Shown: positions 1 through 13,320 of the stretch, piece after piece | Layout of the letters: each line of letters starts with the position of its first letter | Numbering within the stretch: position 1 is the first letter of the stretch | NCBI RefSeq assembly: GCF_001194135.2 | Contig: NC_068987.1 | Coordinates: forward strand, 108,321,054-108,384,590 | Length of the DNA stretch: 63,537 bases | Reading direction: 5' to 3' | Source of the DNA: Octopus bimaculoides | Lineage: Eukaryota | Translations under genes and position numbers: made by a program | The notes under the pieces: model-generated | Seen by the model: only the letters and a program-made list of their open reading frames with translations | Told to the model about the DNA's origin: nothing | The model's database searches: none

Positions 1-881
1 TGTTGTTGTTGTTGTTGTTGTTGCTGTTGTTCTTGCTCCTGTTTAAATAATAATAACTATTGTTATTATTATTGCTACTGTACATCCTGTTGTTTTTTTT
101 GGGGGTGTTTTTCTGTTGTTGTTGTTGTTATTGTTGTTGTTCCTGCTGTTGTTGCTCTTACCACCACCACCACCACTACTACTACTACTGCTGCTGCTGA
201 ATGTTACCGGAAATGTGCTATAATTGCATTATCGTGTGTGTTTACTGTTGTTATTTAATGAAATAAGAAATGGCTACTTGTCAGTAGTTCTTATTTTATC
301 AGCCAACAATAGCATTAGTAGCATCAACATCACCATCATCATCATCATCATCATCATTATCGTCATCAATGACAACAACAACAACAGCAACGCCATTACT
401 ATCTTTAACAACAACAAACGTTATCGCTACCAACAAGAAATAATACACAAAAGCCAAAAACATCAAAAGCAACAGCTACATCAATAACATCGAATACACG
501 AATAACAACTGTTTCATCAACAATGAGAACACAGTTATGTAAAGGTTTAACATCTGCTAGAGATAGTAGATAATTCACCCTCAAATCACACGTAAGTATA
601 TTAGGAAAAACAGAAGGCACGTACGGTAGTGCACTGAAATTATTTTATAATTTTATACTTTTATTTTATTCTTTTACTTGTTTCTGTCATTGGGATGTGG
701 TCATACTGGAGCACCGCATTGGAGAAGTTTAGTCGGACGAATTGAGCTCATAATTTTTATTTTTATGCCTGGAAATTATACTATTGGTTTCGTTTGCCGA
801 ACTGATAGGTCACGGGGACGTGAAAAACTACACCGGTTATCAAGCGGTAGTAGTGGACAAAACTGGCAGAGNNNNNNNNNN

Positions 882-928
<47 letters not shown>

Positions 929-1535
929 CCCGATTGTGCCTGCTGGTGCTGCTGCTGCTGGTGGTGGTGGTGGTGCTGCTGCAGCTCTCACTGTTGTTGT
1001 TTCTTCCCCAACAGTCACTCGTTCATAATATCCTATCTGTTGCTTCAGGTTATTTTCCCCCGGAAATATACAAATATAAAAACAAAAATATAACAGACAC
1101 GTATGTAATGCGATAAAAATATTATCATCGTCAACATCACCACCACCATCGTCTTCGCCGTCTTCCCCGTCCACCCCTTCGGTGTCTCAGTCATATCCAT
1201 CGTCATAAGCATAAACAGCGATATTCTTTTTGTTACTGTTGTTATTAATATTCTTCCGATTATCAATATTAGTTAGTGATCAATATTACTATGATAATCG
1301 TGGTTTTTCTTGTTAAGCTTCTATTATCGGAAAGAAAATCAATATTGGTTTAAAACTAACATTAACATTGTGATTTTGTTGTTGTTGTTGTTGTTGTTGC
1401 TGTTGTTCTTGCTCCTGTTTAAATAATAATAACTATTGTTATTATTATTGCTACTGTACATCCTGTTGTTTTTTTTGGGGGTGTTTTTCTGTTGTTGTTG
1501 TTGTTATTGTTGTTGTTCCTGCTGTTGTTGCTCTT

Positions 1536-2400
1536 NNNNNNNNNNNNNNNNNNNNNNNNNNNNNNNNNNNNNNNNNNNNNNNNNNNNNNNNNNNNNNNNN
1601 NNNNNNNNNNNNNNNNNNNNNNNNNNNNNNNNNNNNNNNNNNNNNNNNNNNNNNNNNNNNNNNNNNNNNNNNNNNNNNNNNNNNNNNNNNNNNNNNNNNN
1701 NNNNNNNNNNNNNNNNNNNNNNNNNNNNNNNNNNNNNNNNNNNNNNNNNNNNNNNNNNNNNNNNNNNNNNNNNNNNNNNNNNNNNNNNNNNNNNNNNNNN
1801 NNNNNNNNNNNNNNNNNNNNNNNNNNNNNNNNNNNNNNNNNNNNNNNNNNNNNNNNNNNNNNNNNNNNNNNNNNNNNNNNNNNNNNNNNNNNNNNNNNNN
1901 NNNNNNNNNNNNNNNNNNNNNNNNNNNNNNNNNNNNNNNNNNNNNNNNNNNNNNNNNNNNNNNNNNNNNNNNNNNNNNNNNNNNNNNNNNNNNNNNNNNN
2001 NNNNNNNNNNNNNNNNNNNNNNNNNNNNNNNNNNNNNNNNNNNNNNNNNNNNNNNNNNNNNNNNNNNNNNNNNNNNNNNNNNNNNNNNNNNNNNNNNNNN
2101 NNNNNNNNNNNNNNNNNNNNNNNNNNNNNNNNNNNNNNNNNNNNNNNNNNNNNNNNNNNNNNNNNNNNNNNNNNNNNNNNNNNNNNNNNNNNNNNNNNNN
2201 NNNNNNNNNNNNNNNNNNNNNNNNNNNNNNNNNNNNNNNNNNNNNNNNNNNNNNNNNNNNNNNNNNNNNNNNNNNNNNNNNNNNNNNNNNNNNNNNNNNN
2301 NNNNNNNNNNNNNNNNNNNNNNNNNNNNNNNNNNNNNNNNNNNNNNNNNNNNNNNNNNNNNNNNNNNNNNNNNNNNNNNNNNNNNNNNNNNNNNNNNNNN
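1536..2400. other. Assembly gap
   Basis: N run; one of many gaps flanked by microsatellites. Confidence 1.
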
Positions 2401-2454
<54 letters not shown>

Positions 2455-2756
2455 ATATATGTCGTGTTGGTGGGACACACACAGACATATATAAATATAT
2501 ATGCATGTGTGTGTCTTTGTATCTGCTTTTGTCCTGCCATACAAATTGACAACCGGTGTTGGTGTGTTTTCGTAACGTTGTAGTACGGCAAATGTGGTTG
2601 ATAAAATCAGTACCAAGCTTAACAAAAATATGTACTGGCTTCGACTCATCCGACTGATATTTCTTGAAGGCTGTGCCCCAACATGGCCACAATCTAATCC
2701 AGGGAAGATTTTTTTCTTCTTTAGGCTTTTTTCTTCTCTCCGTTTTCTTTCCTCAT

Positions 2757-2796
2757 TCCTTTTTGTCGAAGTGCATAGGCTCGAAACGTCAAAGAC
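2757..2796 (+). ncRNA. Possible degenerate minimal hammerhead
   Basis: TTTTG-TCGAAGT-GC-ATAG-GC-TC-GAAAC-GTC-AAAGA; ACGT palindrome; core has several changes. Confidence 0.3.
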
Positions 2797-5700
2797 TCCA
2801 TTTTTCCTGGGCATCAATCTTATATACTTTTCCTGTTTTTCCTATCTCAAACATATTTTGTTTATACCTTTGACCCAGACACGCGCATATGCATATGTGT
2901 GTGTGTGTGTGTGTGTATGTGCATGTGCGGGTGTATGTATGTATGTATATATATATATATATATATATATNNNNNNNNNNNNNNNNNNNNNNNNNNNNNN
3001 NNNNNNNNNNNNNNNNNNNNNNNNNNNNNNNNNNNNNNNNNNNNNNNNNNNNNNNNNNNNNNNNNNNNNNNNNNNNNNNNNNNNNNNNNNNNNNNNNNNN
3101 NNNNNNNNNNNNNNNNNNNNNNNNNNNNNNNNNNNNNNNNNNNNNNNNNNNNNNNNNNNNNNNNNNNNNNNNNNNNNNNNNNNTAAGTAAGCTACTTACC
3201 ACACAGACACTCCTTGTGCCTATATCTATATCTATCTATCTAGCTATATATATATATATATATATATATATACGACGGTTTTCTTTCAGTTTCTGTTTAG
3301 CAGATCCACTCACAGTACTTCGGCCGGACCGGGTTTATGGTAGAAAACACTTGTCGAAAGTGACACGCAGTACTGAATTTGGAAGCATGTGTTTGCGAAG
3401 CAATTTTCTTAACATTCAGCTGTGCCAAGTAAACTTGAATAAAACTGACGAATCATAGTTAGATTGCTTCTGATTAATGTGCTTGCTCACATAGAGTTGA
3501 CTTGAGGCTAAACAAAAACGAACCACTCCAGCATAAGCGCTCGAGGGACCATCATGGCATCGATAAAGCTTCAATGTGGTCACACGATTTCCTAGAAATA
3601 CCAGCCAATTTCCCATCAAATCTGCATCGATTACGTTTGTTTTTCTCTAACACATTGTGGTCAGGAATTTTGAAGACCGTGTGGGTGCATATAGTTCAGA
3701 GTCCACATTCTAGGGCAAAAGAACGGAGGAAATAGAGTTGATCATACGTCTGCAGGATAAGACATAAGATGGAGGTATACAAGGACAGCAATAACACCAT
3801 CGACTAAAACGTGCTAAAAGGGAAGTAACTTAGTGGTCTCTGGTTGTGTCAGATATAACAGTCATAGTTTTCTCGAATTACACTTTAATTCATTAGTAGA
3901 ATGCATTGGAAAGTTTTGCTCAAAATATGTGATGACGGACCTATGACAGGTCAGATTTTAGGTTTGGGTGTAGCAAAGGAAACCACAGAAGGAATAATCT
4001 ACCTTCCGTTTATAAGTATTTACCAAAAAATTAAAATATATCTACAGATATGTGACATTCTAAAAATGGGATTAATAGATAAAGTAGAATGTTGACATAC
4101 TTGCCAAATAAAGATTGGTGGTTTTATAGTTTCAAAGTTCACTTTGCAATAATGTGCTTTCGGGGTCATATGTGTGGGCATGTGTGTGTACATGTATGTC
4201 ACTGTGTCTGTGCGTGTGAATGTGTGTGTTTATACCTATCTATGAGTGTGTGTGTATACATATCTATGTGTGTGTCTTTGTGCTTCTGTTGTTTCTACCC
4301 AGCATTCACTTGACAAGAGGTGTTGTGTTGTTTACGTTCCTGTAACATATCACATCTGCAAGCGAGATCGATGTACTAATTGTCGGACTTAAAATAAGGT
4401 CGATTTGCTCGACTAAATCTTCCGATGTGATGTCTTTCTATGGTTTCTTTCCAATGACTAAAACATATAAAAGATAAAAGACTCAACTGTCCAAGAGACA
4501 CAATACTCGCAATAAAAACAGTGATTGCTTAAACAATATTGCCATAAGGCTGCTGGAAGATATCGCCATAGGTCTGCGCAATTGTTCTGAGCAAACATGA
4601 AGAACAACAGTAATAACTCTACAACCGGTTGTACTTCTACTTTCGAGTTTTTGCATTTGTAACAATAGTTTCTGTCGTCGTCGGTGTTGCTAGATTTAGT
4701 GACGTATTGTATGCTATTTTGTTGTGTCTAAGGGGACTCGTTACGCGAATATTATTAACACACGCACTATTAGTAATATTGGCATAATGGCTCTCCCTAG
4801 ACACAGCAAAATTCGTTTTCACACACGAATACACATAAAGAATCTTGCGAACCAGATATAAAAACGAAGTATTGTATGATATTTCAATTGATATTACTAA
4901 GTCTTTGCAAAGGCTACGAGCTAACAAAATAGTTAGCACGCCGGACAAAAGGCTTATCATTATTTCATCCGTCTTTACGCTCTGAGTTCAAATTCTGCCG
5001 ATGTCAACTTTGCGTTTCATCCTTTCGGAATCGATTGAATAAGCAATATCCGAGTATTGGTGTCGATGTAATCGATTAGCCGCCACTCTCCCAAATTTGC
5101 CGGCCTTGTGCCCATACTAGAAAGGAATACTAATTCTTTGCCACTATGATGGGCATCGCCGTTTCCATCAAACCATAACAACGATCATCTTAATTCTCAT
5201 TTTACCAACGACATTTCCAGCGCCAGTATATCACCACTATTGAAACCCTACTCTTTTGTTCAGGTTCATTACCGCTATTACAAGCCCCAACAAGAATTTT
5301 ACTATCACAAGCATGATTGTCATTATTACTTATTTCTTTATTGCCCAAAAGGGACTAAACATAGAGGGGCCAGCAAGGACAGACAAAGGGATTAAGTCGA
5401 TTACATTGACCCGAGTGCGTAACTGGTACTTAATTTATCGACCCTGAAAGGATGAAAGGCAAAGTCGACCTCGGCGGAATTTGAACTCAGAACTTAACGA
5501 CAGACGAAATGTAGATATATGTACATTTATATATGTACATATATTTTATTTATGTGTTTCAGCCAAGTGGCTGCGGTCATGCTGGTGCACCACCGTGGGC
5601 GTGGCGGGCGAGTATGTGGGTGAACATGTGTGTTTCAAGCGAGGGTGATTTTGTATATACATATAGGCGAATGTACGGATTGGCTCGCTTACGCGAACAC

Positions 5701-5832
5701 TATAAACTTTTATACTCCCTTATCCGTACCCCCTCCCTTTACGTAGCGATCTACAGCTCTTTTGTCTTAATAGCGCTCAACCTCACAGTAATTTCCCGTT
5801 ATTTAACGGTCATTTTTCACAGGAATTTTCAA

Positions 5833-5906
5833 TGGCCGGATAACTGAAGAGATGTTGGCGTGGGTTCCCATCCCGGCATCCGAAACTCGGAGTTTTATCA
5901 TGGCTA
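5833..5906 (+). ncRNA. Type I hammerhead ribozyme, intact core
   Basis: Stem I TGGCCGGATAA (5833-5843) pairs with TTATC-A-TGGCTA (5895-5906, one bulge). Core CTGAAGA 5844-5850. Stem II GATGTTGG/CCGGCATC plus inner GTGG-GTTC-CCAT hairpin, with one extra C at 5881. GAAAC 5882-5886, stem III ACT-CGG-AGT, cleavage triplet GTT 5892-5894. Confidence 0.8.
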
Positions 5907-5954
5907 CCGAAAAAGTGTCACATATTTTTACAGATATATATATATTTATGTATG

Positions 5955-5986
<32 letters not shown>

Positions 5987-6459
5987 TAAACGACGAGCTT
6001 CTTTCAGATTCCGTCTCCCAAATCCACTTACAAGGCTTTGGTCGACCCGAGGTCACAGTAGAAGACACCTACCCAACGTCCCACAGTGGGACTGAACCCA
6101 GAAGCATGTGGTTTAGAAGCAAACTTCTTACCACACAGCCACATATTCGGCCTGCGCTAAGATACATTTACACGGTAGTTCCACCTATCACAAACAATCA
6201 GACAAAAAAAAAAAACGTGAATATGAGGAATAGCCTTTCGTCCAGCCATACCTTTTCTAAGCCATTATATATCTCCTCCATGGTTGATGTCATGCAACTT
6301 TCAGGAGTGAAATTACGCTATTCTGGAAGTATAATTCTTATAAATTAAATGCTTATTCTACAATATGTGTCGGGTTCTGCTTTATTTTGATTATCACTGA
6401 TTATCGTGTACTTAATATCACTTAAATTGTGTTGGTGACATTGCTGTTGGATATAATGT

Positions 6460-6804
6460 CGCAACTACTACTACTACTACTACTACTACTACAATTACTA
6501 TTACTACCACTATTACTGATGATGCTGCTGCCACTGCTATGGCTACCACCTCTACTACTACAACCACCATCACCACCGTCACCGCCGCCGCCACCATCAC
6601 CACAACCACCACCATCACAACCACCACCACCAGTACTGGTACTACTGCTGCTACTGCTACTACCTCTACTGCTAGAACCACCACCACCATTACTACTACC
6701 ACTACTATTACTACTACTACTACTACTACTATTACTACTACTACTACTACTACTACTACTAATAATAATAATAATAATAATAATAATACCACTGCTGCTA
6801 CGAT

Positions 6805-6845
<41 letters not shown>

Positions 6846-6955
6846 GCCGCTGCAATTATTTTTCTCCTTATTGCTGTTGTTTTTGCTTGTGGAAGTACTT
6901 GTTGTGGCTGTTGTGGTAGTACTGTTTCAACTGCTACCATAACTTCTACTATACA
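6460..6955. repeat. Compound trinucleotide array (ACT/ACC/AAT/GCT)
   Basis: Directly visible; explains the overlapping low-complexity ORFs. Confidence 0.95.
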
Positions 6956-7334
6956 CACACATACATCTAAGGACGGCCATATTTGATTATATTTGATTAT
7001 CTTTGAAGAATATGTTTGTTATAGCATTGATTATGGCTAAAAGCATCATCGCAGAAACAGCTATTAATGCTAGTTACAGACTGTATAATAAGAGGCCCAT
7101 GTTAGCCGTGGATTATTACAGAACTTAATTGAATGTAATCGGCATTGAATGAATATTTGCAACACTCTACAGAAGTACAGAAACAGTGTAAGCATAGAAT
7201 AAATAAATAACTAAATAAATAAATAAATAAAATAAAAGCAATGGCATCGGAGGCTGAATTGATATCGTGAAAAAAAAAGCGATATCAATTTTGTCTTTTA
7301 TGCTACCATTTCAAAAAATATGGTTGATCCATCT

Positions 7335-7384
7335 GTGTCGTCTGATGATTTACAGTTATGACAAGAAACTATTAGTACCCACTA
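7335..7384 (+). ncRNA. Possible degenerate hammerhead
   Basis: CTGATGA 7342-7348, TTTACA-gtta-TGACAA stem II (4/6), GAAAC-TATTA-GTA; stem I poor. Confidence 0.35.
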
Positions 7385-7583
7385 CAAAATATCTGTGGTT
7401 TGTTTTACTTTATCCATACGCATAACTCTGCACATTTGCATCGCGTTATATATATATTCTGTATGCAGTGACCAAACCTACCAAGATTTATAAACTTCTC
7501 CTATAGTGAACAATGCATTGGTTAAGTATTTTTAATTCACGAGTTGTTGATATAGCACTGGGCAAATTTCATATTTAAAATTA

Positions 7584-7790
7584 CGAGGGGTTGCTGTAAA
7601 GTTTCTGACTTTAAGGGCGTCACCAAAGGCCTGGTTGGAGGCCCAAACTTCTTAGTTCTTTTACAGGGCTTAGAACAAGTTAAGGACTTCTGCAATAAGT
7701 ATGAATCTGAGAGGTGAAAATGTTGACTAAAATCATAATTAACTGAACCCCCTGTATTTTCTTTTATCCAAACTTTTCACTCCCGCCTCG
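7584..7790 (+). mobile_element. Mariner internal-deletion derivative (MITE-like)
   Basis: TA-CGAGGGG... and ...CCTCG-TA termini with TA on both sides. Internal sequence decodes as a decayed mariner C-terminus (QGLEQVKD..NK..NLRGENVD*). Confidence 0.7.
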
Positions 7791-8220
7791 TATGCATTTA
7801 CATGCATTTATACCACTACACTGAATATGCATTCATACTACTTGGAGTACTGAAAAAAATATACTCGACTCCTTCCTGCTCATCTACCCAAAGATTTTGA
7901 ATGGCATGATAGAAGTTAACTCTCAGTTTTTAACGTTATGTTTCAGTACTAAATGTACTGGCTAATCACATTCCCTAATGTGACTAAGTTGTGTCGATTT
8001 GTTCTTTTTGATAATGCGAACAAGTCATCTCTATAAAGGTCTAATATATTGTTGGAAATTTCTTGGTAAGATGTATAATCTTTTGCAGTCACATAGTTTA
8101 ATGTTTTCATACAACTCTATATTGATATGAATAGAAGCAGTGGGCTGAGATCTCTTTCCGTGGCGAAATCTTTATCAAAAGTAGCGTTTTTGATAACTCC
8201 CTGCTATTTTAGCCCTGAGA

Positions 8221-8270
8221 CCATCAGACCGTACGATTTCAACACAGGTTATGGTTATGCTCATTGATGG
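8221..8270 (-). ncRNA. Degenerate hammerhead, inverted partner of 8568-8614
   Basis: Minus strand reads CCATCA-ATGAGCA-...-GAAAT-CGTACG-GTC-TGATGG; perfect 6 bp stem I, mutated core. Confidence 0.5.
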
Positions 8271-8567
8271 ATACTCGTCCGCTATGTATAGCAGTTGCTT
8301 ACTCTAGCTCGCAATATATAGAAAAATAAGTGACACACAGGTGTCTTCAAGGGGTATAAAATAGCGGTGACGTCGATTCCTAGGGAACAGCCATGTTTAG
8401 GTGAAGTTAAACACTACTTTTCTGGTTGAATACTATTTTCATCTCGTATAGAGATCTTCTTGAGTTGCTAGTTCTTGCTTGTTGCGAGATCAGTGATGGC
8501 CTGTCACTTATTTTTCTGTATATTGCGAGCTGCAGTGAACTAATGTTATGTCTAGCCGACAAATATC

Positions 8568-8614
8568 CATCAGCGAGGATGGCCCTAAGAAGGTCGAAAC
8601 CGTACGGTCTGATG
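8568..8614 (+). ncRNA. Degenerate minimal hammerhead in Penelope-like pLTR
   Basis: CATCA/TGATG stem I; core GCGAGGA (2 changes from CTGAGGA); stem II GGCC-ctaagaa-GGTC; GAAAC-CGTACG-GTC palindromic stem III. Confidence 0.6.
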
Positions 8615-9580
8615 ATCTCGAGGCTAAAATAGTAGTGAGTTCTCTCCCCGCTTGCAATATATATCGAGTGCAGAGTGCACTGCATAACCAGCTGGAAGAG
8701 GTGTCCTCCTGGGGCTAAAAATAGCACTATCGTCGATTCATACGAAACAGCCGTGTTAAGGTGGTCTTAAAGATTATTTTCGGAAGAAAAAGCTCTTTCT
8801 TAAAACAAGAGGATGATGGTAGAGTAGAGAAAGAAAATTAGAAAACCTTCATAACATCTATTTGAGAATCAGATAAGAGTATTTTTGGACGGCGCAGACT
8901 TTCTGATGAGAATCTGTTACATAGAGGGAGCTTGCTACCTCCACCCCACCCACATAGACTCAAATGTACTGGCGGAGTTCACTTCTCGAACTTTTCGCTT
9001 TCCTACACTTCCATTTTGGCTATTTTTCACGTGTTCGCTACTCATTCTCTGTTGCTAATGTATTGACGTCTCTTCTCTGTTTTGTTCAATTTAACTGGCT
9101 ATCGGTGAAAGTTGATCCAGTTTGACTTGCAATTATAATGTTTACGAAGAAATGCTTTGTATTCAAACAATGAAAGCTACTGTTACAGAAAACAATACCT
9201 ATAAAATAAAGAGGGGGGGGGAAACAATGTTGAATTTCTCCTTTGAAAAGCTACTCATTGTATCAACATACGAAATTCCTGCAGTCGTTGATCCTAAGAA
9301 TGTTATTCTTGCTAAATTGAAATCAAAATAAGCTACATTAAATTTTATTGACAATCGCTTGCAACATTTCATTGCCTAATTTATCAAGAGAAATGATATG
9401 CTAAGGTGTCAGCAAGTTCTAAATTAGCTTGCTTGTAATAGCTTCAAATATCAAGTTTTTAAACCTGTTGTTGAACTTCCCATTACCCAGGTGTGTGTGC
9501 GTGTATCTATATACTGATTATATATGTATATTATATCGTTATATATATACATGTATTATTATATATACATACATACATAC

Positions 9581-9620
<40 letters not shown>

Positions 9621-10992
9621 NNNNNNNNNNNNNNNNNNNNNNNNNNNNNNNNNNNNNNNNNNNNNNNNNNNNNNNNNNNNNNNNNNNNNNNNNNNNNNNN
9701 NNNNNNNNNNNNNNNNNNNNNNNNNNNNNNNNNNNNNNNNNNNNNNNNNNNNNNNNNNNNNNNNNNNNNNNNNNNNNNNNNNNNNNNNNNNNNNNNNNNN
9801 NNNNNNNNNNNNNNNNNNNNNNNNNNNNNNNNNNNNNNNNNNNNNNNNNNNNNNNNNNNNNNNNNNNNNNNNNNNNNNNNNNNNNNNNNNNNNNNNNNNN
9901 NNNNNNNNNNNNNNNNNNNNNNNNNNNNNNNNNNNNNNNNNNNNNNNNNNNNNNNNNNNNNNNNNNNNNNNNNNNNNNNNNNNNNNNNNNNNNNNNNNNN
10001 NNNNNNNNNNNNNNNNNNNNNNNNNNNNNNNNNNNNNNNNNNNNNNNNNNNNNNNNNNNNNNNNNNNNNNNNNNNNNNNNNNNNNNNNNNNNNNNNNNNN
10101 NNNNNNNNNNNNNNNNNNNNNTATATATGTATATTATATCGTTATATACAGATACCCACACACAGATAGGCATTCACTGTGGCAAACGAAAAATTGTTTC
10201 CCTTATAGAATTACTATTAATAAACATCGAGCTGAGCACCAATAGCCTCAGCTAACTGCTTGTCATAACGTTTGATCATCATTTTACATCTTCAGTGGCT
10301 GATACCTACTTGTTATCTGTCATTTACTCCCACCTTTTTCGAATGATCTTCGTTCAGGAAGGTGGAAGCTAGTTGCTGGTACATCTTATTCTTGCCCCAA
10401 CGACATGTCGCTTTACCTCATTTATGTATCATTGTTTTAGTTGTAATTGTAATCTTTTCTTTTGGGGATTTTCTTATAGAGTTGCCCCCTTTCTGATCCG
10501 GTAAACATATTCTTTCACGGTAATACACTAAAACAATCAGAATAAACCACATACAATAATCAAATACATTAATCTTTCTTTTTTTTCTTTTCTTTTTTGT
10601 TGTTGCTTTGTTTGATAGTGTGGCTCGATTTAACATGTGCAATGTGTGATGTGGTCTGCGGTTTTACAAAGGATGCCCATGCCAGCCGTAGATAAACTGA
10701 TAAAACTAGCTGTCACTTGAATTATTATTTGTATATCCCTGAATACAATTTCACAGCTGGTCTTTCACCTAAGAATAGGAGTCGTTAAGTTAACTTACGC
10801 TATGATCGAAAAGAATTAAAAATCATTAAACTGGAAAACTTTCGAATATTAAAATGTTCCAAGTGGCCTGTTCACATTGATGAAGTTGAATGAAAGAAAG
10901 AGCAAAACAAAAAACAATGCATGAATAAATGCAAACAAACAAAAAGGAAAAATAGATACACGACATGATCTGTTATAATAGCACGAAGAGAC

Positions 10993-11371
10993 TGGCACTC
11001 CGTCGTTCACGACGTCGAGGGTTCCAGTTGATCCGATCAACGGAACAGCCTGCTCGTGAAATTAACGTGCAAGTGGCTGAGCACTCCACAGACACGTTTA
11101 CCATTAATATAGTTCTCGGGGATATTAAGCGTGACACAGTGTGACAAGGCTGACCCTTTGAATTACAGGCACAACAGAAACAGGAAGTAAGAGTGAGAGA
11201 AAGTTGTGGTGGAAGAGTACAGCAGGGTTCGCCACCATCCCCTGCCAGAGCCTCGTGGAGCTTTAGGTGTTTTCGCTCAATAAAAACTCATAACGCCCGG
11301 TCTGGGGATCGAAACCACGATCCTATGACCGCGAGTCCGCTGCTCTAACCACTGGGCCATTGCGCCTCCAC
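10993..11371 (-). mobile_element. tRNA-derived SINE, family B, full length
   Basis: Minus-strand head GTGGAGGCGCAATGGCCCAGTGG...GGTTTCGATCCC (A/B boxes); 10 bp TSD AGCACGAAGA at 10980-10989 and 11375-11384; homologous to 51467-51856. Confidence 0.9.
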
Positions 11372-12042
11372 TTGAGCACGAAGAAGTGAGTATGAAAATA
11401 GGGACGTTACATTTGTTTTTAACACTGTTTTGTTTAATTAAACAGAGCAGGCATTCATTGCGGGAAACCGAGTTTTATCATTTTATCTATATCTGGCACG
11501 GACATCCTTTGTAAAACCGTAGACCGCATAAATTCTGTACCTGACCAAGAAGCTTGCTTGAAACAACAGCTAAATTACTTTCAATGTATATTCAGTAAGG
11601 GACTCTAATATGACCGTTTGAACTGCTGCCAAGGAAATGCAGCTCAACCTCACTGACATTACAGGCTGGCATTTAAAAACTGAAAGGATTGTGTGAACAA
11701 TATAGCGAGAGGCCTAGAATCTGCGAATAAGATGGCTGGGAAGGTTTTATGAGAGATTATGTTGGCCAGAGCTTAAAAGGGGTAAAAGAGGGTAAGGTTC
11801 CATAAACAAAATTATTATATTTGTTAACGTCATATTTTTACGTGCTATTATTTATAGCTTCAAGTGCTTCAAGATCCACTATTCAAAAAAAAAAATAGAA
11901 AAGAAAACAAGAAATACATTTGTTTGTAGAAGTGAAGCTAATGATCTTAGTATGCAAACATCTTGTTATATTGTCATACGACAAAACAAAAATAAATGAA
12001 CACGCAAACTACTACTACTACCATTACTTCTACTAGTACCAT

Positions 12043-12073
<31 letters not shown>

Positions 12074-12083
12074 NNNNNNNNNN

Positions 12084-12114
<31 letters not shown>

Positions 12115-12281
12115 ATAACAATAACAATAATAATAATAATACATTATAGTTCATTCGACTGAAGCACTCTTTCCATATTTTCAAATAGAATTCATGGTTG
12201 AGTATTAATCTAGGATCATTAGACTCAAATAATCAAACGCTACCTGCCAGCGTTTTAAGTTTCCCAGTAAACACACACACA

Positions 12282-12350
<69 letters not shown>

Positions 12351-12948
12351 CTCTATCTATCTCTCTCTCTCTCACTCACTCACTCTCTTCCTCCTATCTN
12401 NNNNNNNNNCAAATATCAAACACGTGCGTACAGAAATAGGCGTATGCAAAACCACCCACTCGTGTATGCGAGTGCGTGCGTGCGTGCGAGTGCGTGCGTG
12501 CGTGCGAGTGCGTGCGTGCAAGTGCGTGCGTGCGTGCGAGTGAGTAAACGAAGATGCCAAAGCTGCCATGTTATTTATATAACTATGAATATTGCAATCA
12601 GTTAAAATATGTTTTTCTAAACCTGCTTTTAGTAATTTACTATTTAATATACATGCACTTAGTGATTGAATGCATAATAATAACAGATTTGGTGATTTAG
12701 AGTTAAAAGATGCACATTAAATGACTTCATCGACGATTATATACTCACAGTGAGATTAAATGAGTAAGTTATATTTTATGTGGTTTCTGTATACATATTT
12801 ACTTAAATGACGTTGTACTTTTGCGTCGCTTAATAAATTCCCGATTGTTAACATTCCATCTGCTAAATTAACTTCATATCACCATTAATAGTTTATGCTT
12901 TTAGTATGGAGATTTGTGCTTTCGAATTTCTATTACTGAGTGTTTGAT

Positions 12949-12997
12949 AAATGAATCTGATGAGTTCTGTTAAATGCGAAACAAATATCAACCATTT
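12949..12997 (+). ncRNA. Degenerate hammerhead
   Basis: AAATGAAT-CTGATGA-G..C-GAAAC-AAAT-ATC-AACCATTT: perfect core motifs, stem I 6/8 pairs, stems II and III eroded. Confidence 0.45.
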
Positions 12998-13084
12998 CTT
13001 TACTCGGAGACTTTTTGTTATGGGTTGAGACTATACTCTCACAGACAAGTGTATGTCTAGCTAAGTTTTATTTTATTGGAATGT

Positions 13085-13320
13085 AAGGCGGTGAGCTAAC
13101 AGAATCGTTAGCAAGCCGGACGAAATGCTTAGCGGTATTTCGTCAGCCGATTCGTTCTTAGTTCAAATTCTGCTGAGGTCAACTTTGCCTTTCATTCTTT
13201 CGGGGTCGACGAAACACTGGGACTGTTTAGGGGTCGATAAATTAAGCACCAGGGAAACACTGGGGTCGATGTAATTGACTCATCTCCTCCCCCATTATTG
13301 CTACCCTTGTGGGAAAATTT
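13085..13320 (+). mobile_element. Family C SINE monomer
   Basis: Head and core homology. Other copies at about 4930-5130 (+), 13760-13950 (-), 26440-26645 (-), 26675-26844 (-), 35697-35840 (+), 36230-36409 (-), 46536-46765 (+), 60795-60930 (+), 62335-62480 (-). Confidence 0.8.

Larger units (their letters stand above)
8195..8780. mobile_element. Penelope-like pLTR remnant in inverted arrangement
   Basis: Arms about 8195-8336 and 8501-8641 are diverged reverse complements, each containing a hammerhead motif. About 8337-8422 and 8697-8781 form a diverged direct repeat. Confidence 0.55.

Noticed and set aside
1419-2817. 350-437 aa ORFs (likewise at 9.4-10.2, 36.5-37.3, 38.4-39.0, 40.3-41.6 and 59.7-60.2 kb)
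   Set aside because: Mostly X from N runs.
6418-6986. Several 120-185 aa ORFs on both strands
   Set aside because: Pure trinucleotide arrays open in most frames; no domain signal.
11290-11371. tRNA-like sequence (also 51775-51856, 56450-56522)
   Set aside because: These are SINE heads continuous with SINE bodies and lack a proper acceptor stem; not tRNA genes.
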